The notes under the pieces: model-generated | What the model was told of the DNA's origin: nothing | Database searches by the model: none | Seen by the model: only the letters and a program-made list of their open reading frames with translations | In this document: positions 29,149 through 38,182 of the stretch, piece by piece | Position numbering within the stretch: position 1 is the first letter of the stretch | Layout of the letters: every line of letters starts with the position of its first letter | Made by a program: the position numbers and the translations under genes | DNA from: a virus | Lineage: Duplodnaviria > Caudoviricetes | Virus record (IMG/VR): IMGVR_UViG_3300028388_005701 | Span: 1-53,957 of that record | DNA length: 53,957 nucleotides | Reading direction: 5' to 3' (one strand)

Positions 29149-29380
29149 TAAAGCAGAAGCTAGACAATGGAGAATATACGGGTTCATAGAGGGTGTGTTG
29201 ATGATGAATCCTGAAATGAACCAGAAAGAATTGGATGCGATAGTCACCAGTAAATTCTCTGGGTTAAGTTGGCATTGGGATACAATGGTTGTGGCCAGTT
29301 ATCTGAACGACAAGGAATGTATGGATGAAATAAAATCATCAAATCAGAAAGCTATCAATAAGTTAAACAAAACACAATAA
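29141..29380 (+). CDS. hypothetical protein
   Basis: ORF in operon; weak likeness (GFI.G.L) to the preceding ORF. Confidence 0.6.
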   Translation: MNSKAEARQWRIYGFIEGVLMMNPEMNQKELDAIVTSKFSGLSWHWDTMVVASYLNDKECMDEIKSSNQKAINKLNKTQ

Positions 29381-29384
29381 AAAA

Positions 29385-30212
29385 ATGAAATTGAAACTAC
29401 TACTATTAGCGTTGTTGCTACCATTAGTAACAGTAGCACAGAACCGACAACGGGATCTGGATTCCGATTGCATACGCCGTGGTATAGACACCATAGAGTC
29501 GATGAGATCACCTGAGTTATCAAACGAGCATGATCTAATATGGCCAAATACTGGTAGCACAGATGTTGCCTATATAGGCATACTAGGTAATAATGCCTGG
29601 GCAACGCTGTATTTTGACTGCGTGTTACAGATAGACACTCTACAAACCGTGGGTGAAGCATTGGATTTTATGTACGATAAAAAACCAGCACAGAATCACA
29701 CAACCAGGACTATCACTGGTACCGAAAGATCCAATATGGATTCCATAATCAACCACCATAGAGATCATCTACGGGTAAGGGGTGTACCGATTGGTAGGGG
29801 TGGTGTATTCGGTAAACCAAATGATTACTATGGCTATACTGGTACTAAACCAAAAATGTACAGCCAGCAAATGCCAGTAGCCGAATATAGTTGGTTTACC
29901 AAAATGGGTATATCATTCATCAATGGAGACAGCACCGATTTATCATTGCATAACCTACTTTATACCAATGATTACTATGTGGATGGTGTAGAGGTAGACA
30001 GTATCATTATGAATCTCAAATGGGGCATACGCGGTACTGGGGTACCAGTGACAATAACCCACCTTACCAACAGAGATCAAGATATAACCGATACTAGTGG
30101 TACTGAATACCTCATAGTTGATTTATGGGCAGACGACGTGTTCTCACTAACTTTCGATGAAAACATGAACATGATCCCTGATTACCAAATAGTAAAAAAG
30201 CATAACAAATGA
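29385..30212 (+). CDS. secreted protein
   Basis: Signal peptide ending TVA-Q; an N-terminal Gln is typical of Bacteroidota SPI proteins. Confidence 0.7.
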   Translation: MKLKLLLLALLLPLVTVAQNRQRDLDSDCIRRGIDTIESMRSPELSNEHDLIWPNTGSTDVAYIGILGNNAWATLYFDCVLQIDTLQTVGEALDFMYDKKPAQNHTTRTITGTERSNMDSIINHHRDHLRVRGVPIGRGGVFGKPNDYYGYTGTKPKMYSQQMPVAEYSWFTKMGISFINGDSTDLSLHNLLYTNDYYVDGVEVDSIIMNLKWGIRGTGVPVTITHLTNRDQDITDTSGTEYLIVDLWADDVFSLTFDENMNMIPDYQIVKKHNK

Positions 30213-30712
30213 AAAACCTATTATTATTGTTATTATTGATCCCAGCGATGTCCTACCAGCAATCCCAATCCGTTGATGCCATGCTATATGGGTCAGGAAT
30301 CCATATGGTGTCCGGCGAAGAATTCGTGGTAGATGAAAATAAGGGATTGGTGGTGGTCACTGATACATCAGTGGCATTTTATGGTATTGATCTAAAAGGT
30401 GATCCCTATTTCAAATATTCCTATAAGGCACTGGAGAGAAATAAAAATAACATCATCACATTTGACACAAAGACCAATAAACACCACATAATCCTACTAA
30501 CGAGGGGTTTTGATGAGGTTGTTAATAGAGTTATTACCAGGATAGAGGACATCTGTGATAATGGTAAGAGCAGGGTTATCTATGAAGAAGATACCTATCA
30601 ATCAGTATTATTAGACGGGTACCTAAGAGCTGGTGGTTTTTTACCAGAACTAGAGCCACCGAAGATCCCAGAATTTGAACTGACAAGGTATCGTAAACAG
30701 TATAAATTATGA
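30209..30712 (+). CDS. secreted protein
   Basis: Signal peptide MKNLLLLLLLIPAMSYQQ. Confidence 0.65.
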   Translation: MKNLLLLLLLIPAMSYQQSQSVDAMLYGSGIHMVSGEEFVVDENKGLVVVTDTSVAFYGIDLKGDPYFKYSYKALERNKNNIITFDTKTNKHHIILLTRGFDEVVNRVITRIEDICDNGKSRVIYEEDTYQSVLLDGYLRAGGFLPELEPPKIPEFELTRYRKQYKL

Positions 30713-31050
30713 AAGAAATAGTATCTGACCTAAAATCACTGAAAAAAGCGTTGGAATACTATGGGTTAGTACAGAGCAGCGATGAATCTAAGGTGGCTGT
30801 GGTATTTACCAGCGATGAATCTGGTCATATCATGTTCAATAACGAAGGCGATAAGGTTGATAATGACCAGACTTCGGTTATTGATACCATACTCGCGAAC
30901 CCGAAATACCCCAAGGGTTATGATGGTCTACAATTATCCACAGAAATGATGGAATGGAGTGATATAGAGGAATATCATGAGATCAAAAATTTGGTTGATG
31001 AATTCATATATCAATACAAAAAAGATTTAGCACAATCCAAAACCACATAA
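30709..31050 (+). CDS. hypothetical protein
   Basis: ATGA-coupled ORF. Confidence 0.65.
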   Translation: MKEIVSDLKSLKKALEYYGLVQSSDESKVAVVFTSDESGHIMFNNEGDKVDNDQTSVIDTILANPKYPKGYDGLQLSTEMMEWSDIEEYHEIKNLVDEFIYQYKKDLAQSKTT

Positions 31051-31052
31051 CC

Positions 31053-31391
31053 ATGAAACAAACCAACAGTACAGTTATATCGAGTCTCCTAAGGTTAATG
31101 ACCAATCTCAGGAGTGCATTAAAGTGGAAGGGTTCTTTGACGCGCAAATCACGTGGTAATATGAGGCTAATCATAAACGGTGATGGATCTGGTAAGATTG
31201 TGTTCATAGGTTCTAACCCACCTGATAACGAAACCAGGCCAGGCCATATGCTGGGAGAATACAACCTGTATATAGCCAAAAGACCACTGAGCTGGGATAA
31301 TGAATATGAAATGGTGGAGGTACTATCTACTATCAGGGGTCTCATTAAACTGTACAAAGAAGCCAGAAAAGAAACTCCTAGTAAATCATAA
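31053..31391 (+). CDS. hypothetical protein
   Basis: ORF in operon. Confidence 0.6.
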   Translation: MKQTNSTVISSLLRLMTNLRSALKWKGSLTRKSRGNMRLIINGDGSGKIVFIGSNPPDNETRPGHMLGEYNLYIAKRPLSWDNEYEMVEVLSTIRGLIKLYKEARKETPSKS

Positions 31392-31402
31392 AAAGTATAA
31401 AA

Positions 31403-32371
31403 ATGGACAAAGATAAACTGTTAAGAACACCATTCATCGAGCTGTTTGCACCAAAAAATTTGGACGAAATGGTATTGCCATCAAGGATCAGAGAAGAACT
31501 AACTGGTGGTGTATACGATAACCTATTATTCCACGGGTTACCTGGGATCGGAAAATCACAAACTGCCAAAGTATTGTGTGCCAATATGAATTCTATGTAT
31601 GTTAATGCATCGGCAGAAGGTAAGATTGATATCATCAGAGGTAGATTGACTGACTTCGCAGCAAATCAACAATTAGATGGTATCGGTGACGAGGGTAAGG
31701 TTTTGTTCTTCGACGAGCTTGAAGGAGCATCATCTCAATATTTCAGCGCATTACGGGGATTCATGGATCAATACAAAACTGTGAGGTACATTGGTACCAC
31801 CAATTACATCAGTAAGATACCAGACCCTATCAAGTCAAGATTCAGGTGCATCAATTTCGATTTTATTAACGATGCGGAGAAAAAAGAGGTAAGAAAATCC
31901 TACGCCAAACGAGTGGTTGATATTTGCAAGCAGATAGACATGGATTTTGATGTTGGTGGATTAAAAAGGTTGCTGAATCTGTATTTTCCAGACTTCCGTA
32001 CCATCCTGCAGACCATGCAAAAACTTTATGTCAACAAGCTACCATTGACAGAGGCATCACTAAGCCAGACCATATACAGCTATAAAGACATATACGAAAT
32101 GGTTTGTAACACCAATTTGAAACCAGAAGATGTCCATACCAAGGTATTGGGGGAATACTACAACGATACCATCGGGATCTTATCAGCTATGGGTAACGAT
32201 TTCATACAGTATATTCTGCAGGAAAAAACCGACTTCATACCTGGAATCCCTCTAATTATCATCGAGGTAGCTAATTACCAGGCTCTATTGCCGATGGTTA
32301 TAGACCAGCAATTACTAGTAAAAGCGTGTTTGTATAAAGTAAACAGTATTATCAAAAATTGTAGAGGATGA
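31403..32371 (+). CDS. clamp loader ATPase subunit (T4 gp44 / RFC-like)
   Basis: P..LDEM.LP, G.PGIGKS Walker A, FDE Walker B, SRF sensor, FPDFR. Confidence 0.92.
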   Translation: MDKDKLLRTPFIELFAPKNLDEMVLPSRIREELTGGVYDNLLFHGLPGIGKSQTAKVLCANMNSMYVNASAEGKIDIIRGRLTDFAANQQLDGIGDEGKVLFFDELEGASSQYFSALRGFMDQYKTVRYIGTTNYISKIPDPIKSRFRCINFDFINDAEKKEVRKSYAKRVVDICKQIDMDFDVGGLKRLLNLYFPDFRTILQTMQKLYVNKLPLTEASLSQTIYSYKDIYEMVCNTNLKPEDVHTKVLGEYYNDTIGILSAMGNDFIQYILQEKTDFIPGIPLIIIEVANYQALLPMVIDQQLLVKACLYKVNSIIKNCRG

Positions 32372-33183
32372 AATTAACAGAATACGGGTCAGCTACTGGC
32401 CTTATCAGATTTGTTGGTGTCAACAAGACAAAAATAATGATCAGTATCTTTGTATTGGCATATCTAACCGTATCCATGATGAATGCTACCAATAAAGATT
32501 ACTCTAGAATGGGGCATGATGAGATATTGGAATCATTGAACAAGGGGTCATCGAATGTGACTAACCAAAAAAGATATTCTTTTGTTATTGATTATGAAGA
32601 GGGAACTAGTGGCATCGTACCACAAAAACCAAAAGTAGTAAAGGCCGCTGTTAAAGAGGTGGAGGGGCAGGAGAAAAATGTCAGACCACCGTTGGGTTAC
32701 AAGTTCACCGACAAAGTAGTAAAAAGAAAGGTTACCAAAAAGGATAGGCTGGATTATATAGCAAGGTACCACGGATTGGCTCAAAAACACATGAAGAAAC
32801 ACAAAATACCAGCTAGCATAACTCTGGCGCAAGGTATATTGGAATCCAATAGTGGATTTTCCAGGCTTGCTATATATAACAATAACCACTTCGGTATAAA
32901 GTGTTTTAGCAAAACCTGTAGCAGGGGGCATTGCACGAATTATACAGACGATAGCCACAAGGATTTTTTCAGAGTATATCAATCAGTGAGTGGTTCTTAC
33001 GAAGGTCACTCTAGATTGTTAAAGAAACAAAGGTATCGGAAATTATTCAAGCTCAAGATAACAGATTATAAGGGGTGGGCACACGGGCTAAGGGCGGCTG
33101 GGTATGCAACCGATAAGAGGTATGCATATAAGTTGATAGGCATCATAGAAAGATTCAAACTTTATAAATACGATAAGATATGA
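32368..33183 (+). CDS. GH73 glucosaminidase (FlgJ-like peptidoglycan hydrolase) with an N-terminal membrane anchor
   Basis: IPASITLAQGILES, NNHFGIKC, GYATD..YA.KLI motifs. Confidence 0.9.
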   Translation: MKLTEYGSATGLIRFVGVNKTKIMISIFVLAYLTVSMMNATNKDYSRMGHDEILESLNKGSSNVTNQKRYSFVIDYEEGTSGIVPQKPKVVKAAVKEVEGQEKNVRPPLGYKFTDKVVKRKVTKKDRLDYIARYHGLAQKHMKKHKIPASITLAQGILESNSGFSRLAIYNNNHFGIKCFSKTCSRGHCTNYTDDSHKDFFRVYQSVSGSYEGHSRLLKKQRYRKLFKLKITDYKGWAHGLRAAGYATDKRYAYKLIGIIERFKLYKYDKI

Positions 33184-34316
33184 TAGTAGTAGTTGATATA
33201 AGTTTGTTGTTTTATAGACATCTGCACAGAACCGCTTACAGTGTGGGTGACCATGTATATGATCTCGACCAAAAATGGGTAGAAAGCCTGAAAAAAGATT
33301 CATTCAAATCTATAATGTACGACATCAGGCAATATGGCAATAATATAGACAAATTAATAATAGCTAAGGACCAGGGCAAATCATGGAGATACGACCTCAA
33401 AGATGAGTATATAAACATAAAGTACAAGTCCACAGATAACAGGAAAAAAAACCGCAAGAAGATCAACTCCCAGGTATTAAATAAGGCTATAGAGCATTTT
33501 TGCCAAGAGATGGAAACATTCGGTATGTGTTCTATAGGATTCGATTCCATGGAAGGAGATGATATAATCTACCTGGTTACTAAGCATTATTATGAGAAGC
33601 AGATACCTAGTATAATAATAACCAGCGATAAGGATCTCATACAACTTGTGAAGGTTAATAATAATGTCAGCAATTTTATAACTATATATGATGGTGCACA
33701 TAAGAAAAAGTACCACTATATAACCGAAAGCTTTATGGATGATAACACCAAAAAGCCTGCCGATATTATGGACATATTTTCAACAGACATTAACACGAAA
33801 CACCCAGGCCTGGAGAAGGTGCTGAAGTACCACTCCATGGTGGATACCAAAAAAAGCTTGCTGACAAAAATAATGGTTGGTGACACCAGTGATAATATAC
33901 CACCATCCATGACATTCCAGATGAAAAATAAAACCCACAAATTCAGCAAAATTAACGCCAACAAGGTGTTTGACCATAACCCGTGGGTTGTGGATATAGA
34001 ACCCAATGATTTATGGGAAAATAGGGATACCAGGCTCAAGTTGGCTAAGGCGATGTTTAATGTAAAAACCACATGTAATAATTACAGGGCTATAACGGAT
34101 GCCGTTGATGCCATAAAAAGAAACATGTATTACATGTGGTTAAACGATGTGGTTTATAAGGAGTTCAGCCAACAGCACTACTATGCTACTAAGCAACACG
34201 TGTTGGATAAGTTAACCAGCGCTGCATACTTCGGAGATTATAGCCGTGGTCTACAAAGTGGAGACCTAACAAAGGGAACAATGTATAACTCAGAAACAGG
34301 TACAAAATACTTTTGA
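33180..34316 (+). CDS. 5'-3' exonuclease / T4 RNase H-like flap nuclease
   Basis: VVD, D..KSWR, EGDDII, SDKDLIQL, GDTSDNIP motifs. Confidence 0.9.
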   Translation: MIVVVDISLLFYRHLHRTAYSVGDHVYDLDQKWVESLKKDSFKSIMYDIRQYGNNIDKLIIAKDQGKSWRYDLKDEYINIKYKSTDNRKKNRKKINSQVLNKAIEHFCQEMETFGMCSIGFDSMEGDDIIYLVTKHYYEKQIPSIIITSDKDLIQLVKVNNNVSNFITIYDGAHKKKYHYITESFMDDNTKKPADIMDIFSTDINTKHPGLEKVLKYHSMVDTKKSLLTKIMVGDTSDNIPPSMTFQMKNKTHKFSKINANKVFDHNPWVVDIEPNDLWENRDTRLKLAKAMFNVKTTCNNYRAITDAVDAIKRNMYYMWLNDVVYKEFSQQHYYATKQHVLDKLTSAAYFGDYSRGLQSGDLTKGTMYNSETGTKYF

Positions 34317-34317
34317 T

Positions 34318-34701
34318 ATGATAAGATGCGCAGTTTGCAAGATTTATGTTAACAACGAGGTACTGCTATTACAAAGACACAACCACGACAGGACTACCAG
34401 TGGATGGTGTCTCCCAGGCGGTAAGATTGATGACCACGAAAGAATCATCGACGGTATAGAGCGTGAGGTAATGGAGGAAACTGGTATAGATGCCAGTAAT
34501 CTACTAACGTATAATGGACAATACCAGTCAGAGGTAAAAGGTGAGCCTGCATTAATACATGTTTATAGTATGGACTTATACAAAAAACCAGAAGTAGAAC
34601 TATCAGATGAACACCAGGGTTATGAATGGGTTTGCCTGACCACCATCGATGACCATGAAGATCTGGCTGGTAACACTATCAGAGCTTTTAAAGTATACTA
34701 A
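34318..34701 (+). CDS. Nudix hydrolase (MutT-like)
   Basis: LPGGKIDDHE.......REVMEETG; LSDEH. Confidence 0.9.
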   Translation: MIRCAVCKIYVNNEVLLLQRHNHDRTTSGWCLPGGKIDDHERIIDGIEREVMEETGIDASNLLTYNGQYQSEVKGEPALIHVYSMDLYKKPEVELSDEHQGYEWVCLTTIDDHEDLAGNTIRAFKVY

Positions 34702-34720
34702 TTATTATAAAAATAGAAAT

Positions 34721-35155
34721 ATGGATGCATTTTTTGGTTATATGAAAGATTTCTTCCAAAATAAAGAATGGGAAGAAAAAACAGACAGCGAAAAAAACAA
34801 GAATTATTTCATGCTGCAGCGCTGGCTATCGATCAAGTACCCCGTAGAGATGAACATGTACAACCGCATCAAAGTCGACAAGCTATCCGCTACTGAATTG
34901 ATGAGGATGAGTATGCTAAGGATATACAAGGGCAGAACACCGAAGTGGGTATACACCAAAACCAAAACGGCCAAGAAAAAGAAGAAACCAAAATACGATT
35001 TCTCAAAGTATAAAAGAGAGATATCCAAAATAATGGAGACTGAAATGATAGACCAAAAGCATATGGACTATAAAATCCAGTACAATCCGGAAGGTTTAAT
35101 GGAGCGGTGTAAAAAAATGAAAGCTATACTGGATCAGAAGGTGTCTGCCTCTTGA
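34721..35155 (+). CDS. putative clamp loader small subunit (T4 gp62-like)
   Basis: FMLQRWLS..YP, PKWVYTKTK pattern; lies near the gp44-like gene. Confidence 0.45.
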   Translation: MDAFFGYMKDFFQNKEWEEKTDSEKNKNYFMLQRWLSIKYPVEMNMYNRIKVDKLSATELMRMSMLRIYKGRTPKWVYTKTKTAKKKKKPKYDFSKYKREISKIMETEMIDQKHMDYKIQYNPEGLMERCKKMKAILDQKVSAS

Positions 35156-35886
35156 GCACCTCTTAATACCCAGTAAGCATCCACAACATCGTCGATGGGT
35201 TTCTTGACCATCAAATAATCAACCTTAACTTTCTCGTATTTCCTGGATTTCGGTACCCTCCTCTTCACGGTTTTACTCCTTGGTACCACAACATCACAGC
35301 TATTATTTTTGAGGTAGCTAGCAAGCGGACATCCTTTGGGTTCTTGTTGATCAATAAATGACTGCATCATGCCCCACTTATCAAGCTTACCACTACCAGC
35401 TAACTTTTTCAGGGATGGACCAGGATGAAAGGTCATGTTGAAGTTTGGTATAGCCATTTTCATGAGCTTGTGCTTCAATATACCACCCAGTTCTGCTATC
35501 TGATAAGAGGCATCACCAGTAGATCCATAAGAATAATGCTCTATACCTATGTGCCACACAGTATCTTCTGGATCATAATCACCAACATAATCCTTAATGG
35601 TTTTTACTATCAGGTTAGTTAGCGATTCGCAATTCCAAAGATGATTCATATTCCTGACATTGATACTATCATTCTTTGATAGAGTATGTCTGTTAATAAA
35701 GAACAGACCCACGTACTGGCTAATATCTACTAATAGCCCATTAGACCTCCAATCCCAATCTTTTGATTTGCTGAACGATGTTTTCGATGGAAAGGCAAAG
35801 TACTTCGGACTAGGATTATCATCAGTGGAAACAGCAATGGCTGTAGAGGTTAATGATAGGTCTATACCAACATAGATTTTTTGCAT
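35134..35886 (-). CDS. RuvC-like Holliday junction resolvase
   Basis: VGIDLSLTSTA, IEHYSYG, P.SLKKLA.SG..DK, DDVVDAY. Confidence 0.85.
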   Translation of the reverse strand: MQKIYVGIDLSLTSTAIAVSTDDNPSPKYFAFPSKTSFSKSKDWDWRSNGLLVDISQYVGLFFINRHTLSKNDSINVRNMNHLWNCESLTNLIVKTIKDYVGDYDPEDTVWHIGIEHYSYGSTGDASYQIAELGGILKHKLMKMAIPNFNMTFHPGPSLKKLAGSGKLDKWGMMQSFIDQQEPKGCPLASYLKNNSCDVVVPRSKTVKRRVPKSRKYEKVKVDYLMVKKPIDDVVDAYWVLRGAQEADTF

Positions 35887-35935
35887 GGATTTTATTGATT
35901 TATAGTAAATCTATGCAAATTAGGTTTCTAAATTA

Positions 35936-36568
35936 TCAATTTTTATACGGTATGATCGACTGCTTATTGAACACAAGGTAGGAATAATCATTAGCGACGG
36001 AAATTGACATATTAATCTCATCATCGGTAAACCCCTTCTTAGATAAGTATTGCCTAATTTTATTATCGTCGTATTTAGTGGTAGTATTGCTATCGTATTC
36101 GTTCATATACCTTATGCCATCTAATGGTGCATAGGGATCGGTAGCCCCACAGAACAACTTTATATCCGTTCTATTCAGGTTATCATATGGAGATAACCTA
36201 GTATTGTAGGCTAGGTTATTATCACCAGACCACCGCACTAAGTCATCAAAGGCTTTTATGAAATCACGCACTTTCCATAGTTCTAGATCAATGAAATCCA
36301 TAAAGTTGCCCTTGAGTTTATAGGATTTGATTATTTCTGTATAATCGATACCATATAATAAACCCATTTCACCACTGTATCTATGTTTATGGCGCATGGC
36401 ACTTTCGGCAAAATTCCAGGCTTGTCTGATATTACCAAAATGGTATCCTATGTCATTGGTTTTGAATTCATCAACTGTAAATTCCCCTGAAGTACCATGG
36501 AAAACCACCAGATCCCTATTATTGTATTTCAGTATATTATTATAGGATTCAAACAGTAAGATGCGCAT
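35936..36568 (-). CDS. putative ADP-ribosyltransferase-fold protein (ART-PolyVal-like) with a CTS-like start
   Basis: MRILLFESY; VFHGTS..F..F, GYHFG...QA, DGIRY.NEYD, SYLVF...I. Confidence 0.6.
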   Translation of the reverse strand: MRILLFESYNNILKYNNRDLVVFHGTSGEFTVDEFKTNDIGYHFGNIRQAWNFAESAMRHKHRYSGEMGLLYGIDYTEIIKSYKLKGNFMDFIDLELWKVRDFIKAFDDLVRWSGDNNLAYNTRLSPYDNLNRTDIKLFCGATDPYAPLDGIRYMNEYDSNTTTKYDDNKIRQYLSKKGFTDDEINMSISVANDYSYLVFNKQSIIPYKN

Positions 36569-36581
36569 TTTATTTTATGTA

Positions 36582-36998
36582 TCATATCCAATTTACCAAC
36601 TTCAAAATATTAGTGGTAAGCTGTCCTATTGGTATGGAGTAGAACATAGATACACCCATCAGATAGAAGAAGTAATGGTAGGATGCCTGATGATTTTTGT
36701 GACGTCTACGGATGTGGTATATCAAAGACAAAGCCAATAAGGCTCCGGTAATACCAAATATGACCAGGGTGATAGGTTCATACTCACCAAACACTATGCC
36801 CATAGAAATACAACAACCAATTAAGAATGAATAGAATATCCTAAGATGTGCTTCGAGTCGTGTGATATGCATTTTCCAAGTAGAAAAATTAACCTGCACA
36901 AGAAGGTGATAGAAAGCTTGGTAGAATGTAAATATAATAACAATTGGTAGTAAATAATCTAGTAGAAATTTCATATTATTCTTTGGTGGATTTGGCAA
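36582..36998 (-). CDS. integral membrane protein
   Basis: About four hydrophobic helices. Confidence 0.65.
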   Translation of the reverse strand: MPNPPKNNMKFLLDYLLPIVIIFTFYQAFYHLLVQVNFSTWKMHITRLEAHLRIFYSFLIGCCISMGIVFGEYEPITLVIFGITGALLALSLIYHIRRRHKNHQASYHYFFYLMGVSMFYSIPIGQLTTNILKLVNWI

Positions 36999-37444
36999 AG
37001 TTGTTCATCTATATAGTCTAACAAAGTATGTATGGCTGATTCAGCATCGACTTGCCAGGAAATATAGATGATGAATGCCTTGTTGCCCATATAAGATCTA
37101 TGGAGTCTAATACCATCAATGAGGTCCATCCCCTGCAGATAGTCTGGATTGGTAGGTTTGGAAAGCATTAATAAGAACCTATTACCTACGCCATCGTTTT
37201 TAAGTTTGGCATTGACTATACCACAGGATATAAACGTAGTATCAAAGTTTGATCTATACCAGCCATCGTCTCTCACATCCAACGAATCAAATGTGACTAC
37301 CAAACTTCCATCAGTAATAACAACCAGGGTATCAATAGCAATACCAGGATCAGGTTGGGGGTCGCTGTCAGATAGGACATCAGTAAAAAGTAAAAATCCT
37401 GTTAACAACAACAAAGCATAAAAATAAATTGCATTATAACGCAT
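36971..37444 (-). CDS. membrane-anchored or secreted protein
   Basis: N-terminal hydrophobic segment. Confidence 0.6.
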   Translation of the reverse strand: MRYNAIYFYALLLLTGFLLFTDVLSDSDPQPDPGIAIDTLVVITDGSLVVTFDSLDVRDDGWYRSNFDTTFISCGIVNAKLKNDGVGNRFLLMLSKPTNPDYLQGMDLIDGIRLHRSYMGNKAFIIYISWQVDAESAIHTLLDYIDEQLCQIHQRII

Positions 37445-37823
37445 CTGGTTCTGGTTTTGATGGTAGGAATTCGCTGGGTACCGCTGGTATAACGCCAGCT
37501 TCTACGCAGAGCTGGTAATGATCGAGGTTTACCTTAGCTATAGCATAAGAAAATGCCCACTCATTGAAAAATTTCTCACCAGGATCAGCATAAATTTTTG
37601 ATAATCTTGTGTTAATCGACCTAAATAGTTTATAAACTTCACCAACTATACTGGTAAGTCCAGAAATATCACTTATGTTTCTTTCTGTAGCCAACTGAGT
37701 AATCCTGGATAATAAGGTGTTGATAGTCCACTTAGCGGCCTTTACCATGGAATCAGTATCCCCAGCATCAGCTATGGATCGAAAGTTATCGACGAAATCG
37801 GAGGTGTTATTGAATTTTTTCAT
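37434..37823 (-). CDS. hypothetical protein
   Basis: Coupled ORF in operon. Confidence 0.65.
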   Translation of the reverse strand: MKKFNNTSDFVDNFRSIADAGDTDSMVKAAKWTINTLLSRITQLATERNISDISGLTSIVGEVYKLFRSINTRLSKIYADPGEKFFNEWAFSYAIAKVNLDHYQLCVEAGVIPAVPSEFLPSKPEPDAL

Positions 37824-38182
37824 GTTTTATATCTATTTAATGTGTCACCGACACACAATAATCTATGTCTCATCTGGGCGTAGGTTTCATTAACCGACGC
37901 TATGAGCTTGGCGCTAGCTTGTTGTATTTCTGATTCATACTCTACCCAGGTCTCCCATGTCATAATATTGGGTGTTGAAGGGTCATAAATAGGTGCTGGC
38001 ACCACAGAAAACTTCGTATCTTTGTGCCAGCTCCTAGCACCTTCTCCATCGGTTTCTGATTCAAAATAATAGTTACCCTGTTCATTGACATTGACAGTTT
38101 GTGGTATGATCGACATGGATTTCTCACCTAAATCCATAATCAGTCTAACTGTAGTGATTTGTGGGTCTGTTTTCTTAGTCAT
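37820..38182 (-). CDS. hypothetical protein
   Basis: Coupled ORF in operon. Confidence 0.65.
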   Translation of the reverse strand: MTKKTDPQITTVRLIMDLGEKSMSIIPQTVNVNEQGNYYFESETDGEGARSWHKDTKFSVVPAPIYDPSTPNIMTWETWVEYESEIQQASAKLIASVNETYAQMRHRLLCVGDTLNRYKT

